Notes under the pieces: model-generated
Database searches by the model: none
Told to the model about the DNA's origin: nothing
The model's input: the letters and a program-made list of their open reading frames with translations, nothing else
Shown here: one piece after another, positions 9,951 through 18,118 of the stretch
Position numbering within the stretch: position 1 is the first letter of the stretch
Layout of the letters: each line of letters begins with the position of its first letter
Assembly: GCA_017959625.1 (NCBI GenBank)
Contig: JAGDAG010000202.1
Span: 1-50,539, forward strand
From: Abditibacteriota bacterium
GTDB lineage: Bacteria; Armatimonadota; UBA5829
DNA: 50,539 bases
Direction of reading: 5' to 3'
Made by a program: the position numbers and the translations under genes

Positions 9951-10553
9951 TTACACTCCTCCGTGAGCAGCCAGCACTGCCCGGCGGATCTTGTCGGCAT
10001 CCTTTACTCCGTTTGTTTCAACCCCGGAGGAAATATCCACCGCCGCCAGATACGGCAGCCCGGCGGCTTCGGGGATGCTTTCCGGCGTAAGCCCCCCCGC
10101 AAGTATAAAGGGCCTCCCGGCGTTTCGGGCAAGCTCTCTGTCAAAGGGCCTGCCTTCCCCCATCCCTCCGTCCAGAAGGATGAGGTCGGCGGCGCTTCGC
10201 CGCGCCCTTTCAAAGTCTTGCGCGCTCCCGAAGCTGAAGGCCTTCCATACGTGGAGGCCGGCGGCGCGCCGGAGAGCCGTGATATAACCGTCGTCCTCGC
10301 CGCCGTGAAGCTGGACCGCGTCCGCCCCTATAAAGCGGGCGGCGCCGGCGGCGGCCTGCAGGGGCAGGTCCACAAATACCGCCACGGCCTTTATCTCCGG
10401 GCGCAAAAGCCTTCTCAGCTCTGCCGCTTTTTCCGCAGATACGTTTCTGTGGCTTTTGGGATACCCGATTATAAAGCCGATATAGTCGGGGCAGGCTTCG
10501 TTCACAGCCTCCGCGTCTTCTCTGCGGAAGAGGCCGCATATCTTTATCTGCAC
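9951..10553 (-). CDS. trpF: N-(5'-phosphoribosyl)anthranilate isomerase
   Basis: This is the C-terminal 200 aa of track ORF 9951..11057: VQIKICGLFRREDAEAV...GADAVQLHG...ILAGGLTPE. GTG at 10553 is preceded by GGAGG and overlaps the trpC end by 10 nt. The upstream part of the ORF overlaps trpC and is junk-like. Confidence 0.82.
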   Translation of the reverse strand: MQIKICGLFRREDAEAVNEACPDYIGFIIGYPKSHRNVSAEKAAELRRLLRPEIKAVAVFVDLPLQAAAGAARFIGADAVQLHGGEDDGYITALRRAAGLHVWKAFSFGSAQDFERARRSAADLILLDGGMGEGRPFDRELARNAGRPFILAGGLTPESIPEAAGLPYLAAVDISSGVETNGVKDADKIRRAVLAAHGGV

Positions 10554-11338
10554 GGCTCCGCCTCCCGCCTCAGGCCTGCCAGAAAGGCGCCCTTGTCCGG
10601 GGATCTCATAAAGGCTTCGCCCACCAGCGCCGCGTCGGCTCCCGTATCCTTCAGGGCCCGTATGTCTTCGGGGCCCCTTACCCCGCTTTCGGAGACGTAG
10701 AGGCAGCCCTCCGGAACGAGGCTCCTCAGGCGCGCCGCATTGGACAGGTCCACCGAGAAATCCTTCAGGTTGCGGTTGTTGACCCCTATCATGCGGGCCC
10801 CGGCGTCCGCCGCCGCCTTTATCTCGTCGGCGTCGTGGGCTTCCACCAGGGCCGCCAGGGACAGGGACCTGCACAGCTCCGTCAGGCGGCAGAGCTCCCG
10901 GGGGGACAGCAGGGCGCAGATGAGCAGGGCGCAGTCCGCCCCCAGGGCCTTGGCCTGGTATATCTGGTATTCGTCCACTACGAAATCCTTCCGCAGCATA
11001 GGGACCCCGGTCAGGGCCCGCACCTCCCGGAATACGCCGTCGGACCCCAGGAACCATTTGGGCTCCGTCAGGCAGGAGATGCAGTCGGCCCCCGCCTCCG
11101 AATATTCCCGGGCTATGGAGCGGTAGTCAAAAACCGGGTCTATGACCCCCTTGGAGGGGGACGCCTTTTTGATCTCGCATATAAAGGAGAGGCCCTCCCG
11201 GGCCACGGCGCCGTAAAACCTCTCTCCCCCGCCGGCAAGAGCCTCGGCCCGTTCCCTCAGGGCGGCGGGGCTTTCCCGCTTTTTGTCCCGTTCCACCCGC
11301 AGCCGGGCGTAGGCCGCTATCTCGTCCAGGATGGTCAT
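10544..11338 (-). CDS. trpC: indole-3-glycerol phosphate synthase
   Basis: 264 aa. Contains ICEIKKASPSKG, CLTEPKWFLGS, PMLRKDF and GVNNRNL. Confidence 0.93.
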   Translation of the reverse strand: MTILDEIAAYARLRVERDKKRESPAALRERAEALAGGGERFYGAVAREGLSFICEIKKASPSKGVIDPVFDYRSIAREYSEAGADCISCLTEPKWFLGSDGVFREVRALTGVPMLRKDFVVDEYQIYQAKALGADCALLICALLSPRELCRLTELCRSLSLAALVEAHDADEIKAAADAGARMIGVNNRNLKDFSVDLSNAARLRSLVPEGCLYVSESGVRGPEDIRALKDTGADAALVGEAFMRSPDKGAFLAGLRREAEPCR

Positions 11339-12364
11339 TTATTCCTCCGGGCGGTTGCTGACCTCTATAAGCTTTTCCAGGACCCCCAGAGCCTTCCCGG
11401 AGTCCAGCAGCTCCGCCGCAAGCGCTGCGCCTTCCCCTATGCCGGAAGCCTTGCCGCAGATATACAGCGAGGCTCCCGCGTTCAGAAGGACGGCGTTCCG
11501 CTTGTGCCCTTTCTGCCCGTTGAGTATATCCAGGGCTATACGGGCGTTCTCCTCCGGGGTGCCTCCCCGCAGGTCCTCCTTCCGGCAGGGCTCCAGGCCG
11601 AAGTCCTGAGGCTGCACTACGTAAGACTTGAACCAGCCGTCCCTTATCTCGCATATCCTGGTGGGAGCGGAAAGGGATATCTCGTCCAGCTTGTCCCTGC
11701 CGTAAACCGCCATGCCCCGCGTGACTCCCATATTGGCCAGGACCTGGGCCAGGGGCTCCGTCAGATATTCGTCATAGACTCCCAGCAGCTGCATTTTGGG
11801 GCGGCCCGGGTTGGTAAGGGGCCCCAGGATGTTGAACACGGTGCGGAAGCCCAGCTCCTTGCGGATGGCCCCCACGTATTTCATGGAAGCGTGGTATTTC
11901 TGGGCGAAAAAGAAGCACATTCCCGCTTCCTTCAGCAGCTCCACGCAGCGCTTGGGGCTCTGGCTGATATTGACCCCGAGGGCCTCCAGGCAGTCGGCGG
12001 TGCCGCACAGGGACGAGGCGGCCCTGTTGCCGTGCTTTGCCACCTTGCAGCCGCCGGCAGCCGCCACCAGGGCGGACACTGTGGAGATGTTGAAGCTCCC
12101 CGCGTTGTCGCCCCCGGTGCCCACTATCTCAAAAATGTCCATGCCTGTTTCCACCTTCAGAGAGTGGTCTCTCATGGCGGCGGCGCAGCCGGTTATCTCG
12201 TCGGTGGTCTCGCTGCCGGCGCTTTTTGTGGAAAGAGCCGCCAGAAAGGCCGCGTTCTGGGTGGGGGTAGTCTCGCCGCTCATGATCTCGTTCATGACGT
12301 CATAGGCTTCTTTGTAGGAAAGATCTTCCTTGTTAACTATTTTTACAATGGCTTCCTTTATCAT
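11339..12364 (-). CDS. trpD: anthranilate phosphoribosyltransferase
   Basis: 341 aa. Contains [23 protein letters not shown] and NILGPLTNP. Confidence 0.93.
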   Translation of the reverse strand: MIKEAIVKIVNKEDLSYKEAYDVMNEIMSGETTPTQNAAFLAALSTKSAGSETTDEITGCAAAMRDHSLKVETGMDIFEIVGTGGDNAGSFNISTVSALVAAAGGCKVAKHGNRAASSLCGTADCLEALGVNISQSPKRCVELLKEAGMCFFFAQKYHASMKYVGAIRKELGFRTVFNILGPLTNPGRPKMQLLGVYDEYLTEPLAQVLANMGVTRGMAVYGRDKLDEISLSAPTRICEIRDGWFKSYVVQPQDFGLEPCRKEDLRGGTPEENARIALDILNGQKGHKRNAVLLNAGASLYICGKASGIGEGAALAAELLDSGKALGVLEKLIEVSNRPEE

Positions 12365-12936
12365 TTTTTGACCTCCCTGATAAAATTATAAAGCATGGTC
12401 CTCCCCTGGGGAGTCATAACGGATTCCGGATGGAACTGAAGGCCGAAAACCGGGTATTTTCTGTGCTCCACGGCCATCACCTCGCCGTCCTCCGTTTCGG
12501 CCCGTATCACAAGCTCCTCCGGCAGAGTGTCTTTTTCTGCCGCCAGGGAATGGTAGCGGGCCACGTAGGCTGTTTCGGGACAGCGGGCAAAAAGCGGACA
12601 GCGCTTGTCCAGGGCCACCTTCGACTGTTTTCCGTGCATAAGGGCCTTTGCGTAGGTGATGCGGCCCCCGAAGGCGGCGCATATGGCCTGGTGCCCCAGG
12701 CATACACCCAGAATGGGCACCTCTCCCGCCAGCTCTCTCACCGCCTCCACTATGATACCGGCGTTCTCGGGCCTGCCGGGGCCGGGGGACAGTATGAGCC
12801 TGTCCGGCGCCAGCCGTCTTACGTCTTCCACGGTGACCTCATCGTTGCGGACCACCTTTATATCCGGTTCTATCTCTCCCGTAAGCTGATACAGATTATA
12901 GGAGAAGCTGTCGTAGTTGTCTATAAGAAGGATCAT
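12361..12936 (-). CDS. trpG: anthranilate synthase component II (glutamine amidotransferase)
   Basis: Starts at the internal [17 protein letters not shown] of track ORF 12361..12996. ATG 12936 overlaps the trpE stop (ATGA). Has the catalytic GVCLGHQ and FHPES. Confidence 0.92.
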   Translation of the reverse strand: MILLIDNYDSFSYNLYQLTGEIEPDIKVVRNDEVTVEDVRRLAPDRLILSPGPGRPENAGIIVEAVRELAGEVPILGVCLGHQAICAAFGGRITYAKALMHGKQSKVALDKRCPLFARCPETAYVARYHSLAAEKDTLPEELVIRAETEDGEVMAVEHRKYPVFGLQFHPESVMTPQGRTMLYNFIREVKK

Positions 12937-14411
12937 AATTCCTCCTCCCCGGCCAGGGAAAGGGCCGAAAGAGAGGCCTTTGCCTTGTTGAGGCATTCCT
13001 CATATTCCTTTTCGGGGTCCGAATCCGCCACTATGCCGGCGCCGCTGCGCACGAACACCCTGCCGTTCTTTTTGTAAGCGATGCGTATGGCTATGCAGGT
13101 GTCCATGTTCCCCGAGAGATCTATATATCCTATAGCCCCTCCGTAGATCCCCCGCTTGTTGTCCTCCAGCATATCTATAAGCTGGCAGGCGCGGATCTTC
13201 GGCGCGCCGGAAAGAGTGCCGGCGGGCAGCACCGCCTCTATGGCGTCCAGGGCGTCTTTGCCTTCCCTTATCTCGCCCCGCACCGTGGAGCCTATGTGCA
13301 TAACGTGGGAAAACCGTTCCACGCTGCGCAAAGTCTCCACCTTCACGGTGCCGAACCTGCTTATCTTTCCCAGGTCGTTGCGGCCCAGGTCCACCAGCAT
13401 ATTATGCTCCGCCAGTTCCTTTTCGTCCGCCAAAAGCTCCGCTTCCAGGGCCGCATCTTCTCTTTTGGTCTTTCCCCGGGGCCTGGTGCCCGCAAGGGGG
13501 AAGGTATGCAGCACGCCTTCCTGCAGCTTTACCAGGGTCTCCGGAGAGGCTCCCGCCACCTCTACATCGGTGCCGGAAAAGTAGAACATATACGGCGAAG
13601 GGTTCAGGGTGCGCAAAACCCGGTAAGCGTCCAGCAGGCTGCCCTCGAAACCGGCGGAAAGCCTGTTGGAAAGCACTATCTGAAAAATGTCGCCCTCGCG
13701 GATATATCCCTTTGCCCGCTCTATCATGCGGCAGAACTCTTCCCTGCCGAAAAGGGGCGCAACTTCGCTTGTCAGCCGGCCCCGGGGCTCGGCTTTCTTT
13801 TTGCCGGTCTTCAGCAAGAGAGCCATCTGCTTAATCTCGGAGACAGCCTTTTCGCAGCCCTTTGCGGCGTCCTTTGCTGGGACGTTCACTATAAGAACTA
13901 TCTTCTGCCTGATGTTGTCGAAGGCGATCACCTTGTCAAAAAGCATCAGATCGACGTCTCTGAAGTTTTCGGTGTCCTTTGCCTTTATCTCCAGCCCGGG
14001 CTCGGCGTATGCGATATAGTCGTAGGCGAAATAGCCCACCAGCCCTCCCGCAAAGGGAGGCATCCCTTCAAGCCGCGGGCTCCTGTGCCGGGCCAGCAGC
14101 TCCCGCAGCTCCCGGGTGGGATCTCCCTGCCGCTCCGTTCTTTTTCCCCCGGGCTCCTCCACGGTGATTTTTCCCCCGGCGCAGTAAAACAGCAGCTTGG
14201 GGTCGTAGCCCAGAAAGGTGTAGCGCCCCCAGGTCTCGTCGGTGCGGGCCGATTCCAGCATAAAGGTGTGGTCGGACACGTTTTTCAATATCCTTTCGGC
14301 TTCTATGGGGGTGATGAAATCCGAAAGGATCTCGCCGGCAACGGGGATCACGTCGTAACGCCCCTCCGCTGCGAGCCTTTGCACTTCTTCCGGTTCCGGA
14401 AAGATCTTCAT
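12933..14411 (-). CDS. trpE: anthranilate synthase component I
   Basis: Contains LESA, chorismate-binding motifs (GAGIVADSDPEKEYEE, RGIYGGAIGY) and more. I prefer MKIFPEP at 14411 because AGGAGG lies 6 nt upstream. The track ORF begins 27 nt further up, at 14438. Confidence 0.92.
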   Translation of the reverse strand: MKIFPEPEEVQRLAAEGRYDVIPVAGEILSDFITPIEAERILKNVSDHTFMLESARTDETWGRYTFLGYDPKLLFYCAGGKITVEEPGGKRTERQGDPTRELRELLARHRSPRLEGMPPFAGGLVGYFAYDYIAYAEPGLEIKAKDTENFRDVDLMLFDKVIAFDNIRQKIVLIVNVPAKDAAKGCEKAVSEIKQMALLLKTGKKKAEPRGRLTSEVAPLFGREEFCRMIERAKGYIREGDIFQIVLSNRLSAGFEGSLLDAYRVLRTLNPSPYMFYFSGTDVEVAGASPETLVKLQEGVLHTFPLAGTRPRGKTKREDAALEAELLADEKELAEHNMLVDLGRNDLGKISRFGTVKVETLRSVERFSHVMHIGSTVRGEIREGKDALDAIEAVLPAGTLSGAPKIRACQLIDMLEDNKRGIYGGAIGYIDLSGNMDTCIAIRIAYKKNGRVFVRSGAGIVADSDPEKEYEECLNKAKASLSALSLAGEEEL

Positions 14412-14437
14412 TTTTTCCTCCTTGCTCTGCAGGGGCA

Positions 14438-14477
14438 TAATAAAACGTCCCTGACAGAAAGTATTCTGTCAGGGACG
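14438..14477 (-). terminator. T-box leader intrinsic terminator (attenuator) in front of trpE
   Basis: Minus-strand RNA CGUCCCUGACAGAA-UACU-UUCUGUCAGGGACG forms a perfect 14-bp stem (14446..14477). It is followed by UUUUAUUAU. Its 5' arm (CCCUGA) can alternatively pair with UCAGGG of the T-box motif to form the antiterminator. Confidence 0.88.
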
Positions 14478-14730
14478 AATAGAATACCACTATCCGCGGT
14501 GCCACCCTGAATTCACGGCTTCTGCCGCGCCCTTAGCGGGGTACCAACATACCCCCGGCAACTCACGTATGCCCTCACGTTGCAGGATACTCTGCGGGAG
14601 CCCCGCATTTCACTGCACCCTCGGCGGCCCATTTGACAATTTGTTTCTCACCTGATTCTCAGCATCGCAGGCTCTCTGTAGAGGCATGGGTGTCTTTATC
14701 CCCGCGTCATCGGTTTAAAAAAGGATTCAC
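14438..14730 (-). promoter_or_regulatory. T-box riboswitch leader, probable tRNA-Trp specific
   Basis: The minus strand contains the canonical T-box sequence AAUUCAGGGUGGCACCGCGG (14513..14494). It also has AGAGAG (14677..14672), GCUGAGA (14663..14657), an AUGA...GA K-turn-like base, and the terminator/antiterminator alternative. Candidate specifier is AAA-UGG-G (UGG = 14631..14629), just 5' of a CCGC helix that pairs with GCGG (14705..14702). The acceptor-pairing bulge reads UGGC. Confidence 0.85.
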
Positions 14731-14736
14731 AGTTTT

Positions 14737-14765
14737 ATTATAACACCTTCTTTTACGTGTGTCAA
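14737..14765 (-). promoter_or_regulatory. sigma-70 type promoter of the aromatic super-operon
   Basis: The minus strand reads TTGACA (14765..14760), a 17-nt spacer, then TATAAT (14742..14737). Both hexamers are perfect consensus. Confidence 0.75.
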
Positions 14766-14787
14766 TACCCTGCCCCGGACGAAATCA

Positions 14788-15459
14788 TCATTTTTCATAC
14801 AGGGAAAGAGAGCCGGGAAGAGCGTTGTCCGCATCCTCCGCTCTTTCTCCGGCAAGGCCCTCCAGATGGGCGGTGTCGTTGATACGGCGCGCCCGCACCC
14901 TTTCTCCCAGTTCGAATACGGATATGGAGGTATTGCCGAAATCGAAGGTCCTCCAGTATTCCGGCGGGAGATCCAGAAGATACAGGATCATGCCCCTCAG
15001 GGTGCCTCCGTGGGCCACGGCCATTATTACGTCGTCTTCAGAATGGCGTTTTTTTATCTCCTCCGCAAAGCGCCGGCCCCGCTCCGCCACGTCCATAAGG
15101 CTTTCTCCCCCGGGAGGCGCCGCGCTGTAGGCCTGCCGCCAGGGGCAGTCTTTCACCGGGAACACCCGCTCTATCTCTTCCCGGGTCTTTCCTTCCAGGA
15201 CGCCGAAGCTCCTTTCGGAAAGCAGGGGCTCCGGCACGGGCCGAAGGCCCATGGGCCGGCAGATGATCTCCGCCGTTTCCGCCGCCCTTTCAAGGGGCGA
15301 GGTATAGGCGTGGGTGATGCCGCAGTTTTTCAGCCTGCAGGCGGCGAGAGCGGCCTGCTTCCTGCCGGCTTCGTTGAGCCGGGAGGGCACGCTCTGCCCC
15401 TGGATGATCTTTTTCAGGTTGCAGTCGGTTTCTCCGTGACGGACGAGATAAAGTATCAT
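14788..15459 (-). CDS. histidine phosphatase family protein (phosphoglycerate mutase-like / GpmB-CobC type)
   Basis: 223 aa. Has the N-terminal catalytic LVRHGETDCN motif and the downstream AHGG histidine motif. Confidence 0.85.
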   Translation of the reverse strand: MILYLVRHGETDCNLKKIIQGQSVPSRLNEAGRKQAALAACRLKNCGITHAYTSPLERAAETAEIICRPMGLRPVPEPLLSERSFGVLEGKTREEIERVFPVKDCPWRQAYSAAPPGGESLMDVAERGRRFAEEIKKRHSEDDVIMAVAHGGTLRGMILYLLDLPPEYWRTFDFGNTSISVFELGERVRARRINDTAHLEGLAGERAEDADNALPGSLSLYEK

Positions 15460-17045
15460 ACCCGCTCTCCGCAGTCTATCCGGATCTCATTAGCGCCCTT
15501 CACGAGGGAAACAAAGGCCGCAAAGCCTCCCCTGAGCCTTATCGCTCCCCGGGGGACCGGCCTTTCCGTCCATACCGCAAAAGGATACTTCGGGCAGTCT
15601 GCCGAAGCCTCCAGGGCCACGGTGAAGCCGGCGGGGTCCTCCTTTATGCTCAGCGCCCGTATCTCCGGAAGTTCTTCGGGGCTGCAGAAGGAGTCCTCTG
15701 CCACCTCTTCCTGTTTGGAATAATCGAAATAACGGAAGGGAGCGTGGGAGCCCCGCTCGAATATCACCTGGGTGTCGGCGTCGTAATAGGCGCACACCGG
15801 CGGGTATTTCCCCTTTTCCGGCCAGTCCGCCGGCTTTGGGGTGCTGCCGGAATAGAAATACACCTTGTCATGGCAGTCCAGGGGGTCCTCCAGATAAAGG
15901 CTCTTGCAGGGCTCGGCCTTTCCGGGATATTTGATATCCAGCCAGTCCGCTATCTCTCCCAGGGTGGCGGCGGTGAGGGGGGGCCGGCTTTCGAAAAAGC
16001 GCCCCAGATACGCGTTGCGTTCGCCGTCGCCGGAATCGTGGTCCTCCTGGTGGACCACCATCACGGCAAAATCGTTGTCCGGCACGTTGGCGAGGAGGTT
16101 TTCGGCTATCCTGTTGTAATAATCCGGCTGATGATACGCTATGCGGCAGTTGTAAATGTCGTCCACGTCGGTGGAAAAATACACCGCCCCCGAATTTACC
16201 CCGGGAACGTGAACCGTGTTCACCAGATCCCTGTAAGTCCAGTCGAAGATCCAGGGAGCCGTGTTTTCCCTGCCGGGTATGCGGAAATTCTTCAGGCTGG
16301 GCTTGTAGGGGTTCCAGGGACAGCCGTAGTGATACATGCTGGTGTCGCATTCCCTGTGGTCGAAGCCTATGCCCCACAGGGCCCGCATCCCCAGCTTCGT
16401 CATTGCCCGCAGTATGTTCGTGCCTATGGCGCCTATGAACTGGTCTATGCCCGCCGTGCGTATGTTTTTGCCCGAAAGGTTCCGGAGAAAGGCCAGCTGC
16501 CCCTCCATTATTTTGAAGGTCTCCTTTTCACTCAGGAACAGGTTGTAGTTGCCGGTGTTGAAATGGCTGCGGGAAGGAGGCATGAAGCCCAGCTCGTCCC
16601 CCGCCCTGCAGTACTCCTCCAGGGTCTCCGTGTCGTTCCGCCAGGTATATCCGTCGGCAAGCCAGGTCACCGGCAGTCCGGCGCCGTGGATGACGTCCGC
16701 CAGACGGCGGGCGTAGTTGAAGGCGTTGCCGTGCATATCCGGGCCGCAGCAGCGGGGGTGCCCCACTTCGTTCTGGATGCCCGGGAACCACCCTTCGTGA
16801 TAGTTGCAGCTGATGACCGGCGCCAGAAAGGCCTCCTTTTCCGCAAAGACCGCCACCCGCGCCGGCACGCCGCCGGACAGCAAAATTTCTCCCCGGCCGG
16901 GAGCCAGGCCCTCCAGCTCCAGGCTGCAGCCGTTCTTGACGGCCCGCACAAAAGCGGGCGCCGATTCCACGGCGTTGTTTTTCAGGCGTTCCGGCAATCC
17001 GTATTTTACGGTCCTGCCGACAACGGCCACGTAACTCTGACGCAT
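15456..17045 (-). CDS. hypothetical cytoplasmic protein, 529 aa (function unknown)
   Basis: Long ORF with normal amino-acid composition and no signal peptide. Translationally coupled on both sides (TGATG upstream, ATGA downstream). I do not recognise the family. Confidence 0.7.
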   Translation of the reverse strand: MRQSYVAVVGRTVKYGLPERLKNNAVESAPAFVRAVKNGCSLELEGLAPGRGEILLSGGVPARVAVFAEKEAFLAPVISCNYHEGWFPGIQNEVGHPRCCGPDMHGNAFNYARRLADVIHGAGLPVTWLADGYTWRNDTETLEEYCRAGDELGFMPPSRSHFNTGNYNLFLSEKETFKIMEGQLAFLRNLSGKNIRTAGIDQFIGAIGTNILRAMTKLGMRALWGIGFDHRECDTSMYHYGCPWNPYKPSLKNFRIPGRENTAPWIFDWTYRDLVNTVHVPGVNSGAVYFSTDVDDIYNCRIAYHQPDYYNRIAENLLANVPDNDFAVMVVHQEDHDSGDGERNAYLGRFFESRPPLTAATLGEIADWLDIKYPGKAEPCKSLYLEDPLDCHDKVYFYSGSTPKPADWPEKGKYPPVCAYYDADTQVIFERGSHAPFRYFDYSKQEEVAEDSFCSPEELPEIRALSIKEDPAGFTVALEASADCPKYPFAVWTERPVPRGAIRLRGGFAAFVSLVKGANEIRIDCGERV

Positions 17046-18118
17046 CAGTCTCCTCCTTGGTATCTTCCCAGCCGTTTGGCAATATCGGTGAATTTTTTAA
17101 ACATCTCCAATGTGACGCAGTCGGGCACCGAATGGTCGCTGGAAAGTATGTAGCCGCCGTTTTCCTTCATCACCGGGATCAGGCGCTCCATCTCCTCCCA
17201 CAATTTGTCGGGAGTGTTGTAAAGCAGGGCGTTTATCCCTCCGTGGAAGGCGAGCCTGTCTCCGTAGGCCTTCTTCAGGGCGGCGGGGTCCATCCCCGCC
17301 TTCACCTCCACCGGGTTCAGCATCTCCACCCCTATCTCCAGCAGATCCGGGATAAAGGTGTGCACGTCGCCGCAGGAATGGAGATGCACCTTCATGCCCC
17401 GCTCCTTCGCCCAGTCGCAGGCCCGCTTGTGGACGGACTTTAGTATTTTTCTGTAGGTATCAAGTGAGAAAAAGGTGCGCCCCTTGTAGCCCATATCGTC
17501 GTACCACATTATCTCGTCGAATCTGTAGCCCCTTTCCTCCATCAGCTCAAACAGGGCCAGAGAGCAGTCCAGGCAATAGTTGAACACGTCCTGCAGCCAT
17601 TCGCTGCCGAAAGCGATCTCCAGCAGCACCTTTTCCGTGCCTATCATCCAGGAATGGGTGACGTCGAAGCCGAACCAAAGATTGGCGGAAAGCCATTCGC
17701 CGGCGCTCCGCCATTTGGGATAGTTCTCTTCCAGAAACCGCCAGTCGATGCGCTCCGGCCCCATGACCATCCGCTTTTTGGCCTCCTCCCAGGAAGCCTC
17801 GTCCTTTATGGTGAAATCCAGAAATTCCGGCACGCCCCCTATGTGCTTCCAGTTTTTCATGGTGACGCCCCAGGGAGATGTGAATACGGTGTATTCTTCC
17901 GTTTCCTCTATCACCTTCGCTTCGTAGCGGGGAGTTATGTCCGCCCCCACGCTTATTATGCGGTCGATATCGAAGTATTCGTAAAAGGGCCTGTCCATGC
18001 CCTGCCGGGTCCAGCGTTCTATGGTGGAAGCCCAGGGATCGTCGATTATGGGCACCCTGTCCGCCTCCCGGTGCTCATACATCCGCTTTATCCGTTCGTA
18101 AGAGGTGAGTTCCGTCAC
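17045..18118 (-). CDS. uroporphyrinogen decarboxylase (URO-D) family protein, MtaA/CmuA-like (paralog 1)
   Basis: Has a C-terminal region typical of the URO-D fold (RFDEIMWYDDMG, VHLHSCGDV, EMLNPVE, FHGGIN). I place the start at GTG 18118, which overlaps the upstream stop as GTGA. The N-terminal 70 aa of track ORF 17045..18328 overlap the upstream gene. Confidence 0.8.
   Translation of the reverse strand: MTELTSYERIKRMYEHREADRVPIIDDPWASTIERWTRQGMDRPFYEYFDIDRIISVGADITPRYEAKVIEETEEYTVFTSPWGVTMKNWKHIGGVPEFLDFTIKDEASWEEAKKRMVMGPERIDWRFLEENYPKWRSAGEWLSANLWFGFDVTHSWMIGTEKVLLEIAFGSEWLQDVFNYCLDCSLALFELMEERGYRFDEIMWYDDMGYKGRTFFSLDTYRKILKSVHKRACDWAKERGMKVHLHSCGDVHTFIPDLLEIGVEMLNPVEVKAGMDPAALKKAYGDRLAFHGGINALLYNTPDKLWEEMERLIPVMKENGGYILSSDHSVPDCVTLEMFKKFTDIAKRLGRYQGGD

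Noticed and set aside
14571-14600. Alternative T-box stem I fold placing ACG, CGU, GUG or UGC in the specifier position (AGUAUCCUGCAACGUGAGGGC)
   Set aside because: That fold puts 42 nt between the AG-bulge-like and distal-loop-like motifs, and it leaves no purine-flanked codon next to the helix. The UGG-presenting fold sits directly above a K-turn-like AUGA/GA base and agrees with the UGGC acceptor bulge and the operon content. This remains unproven without a covariance-model alignment.
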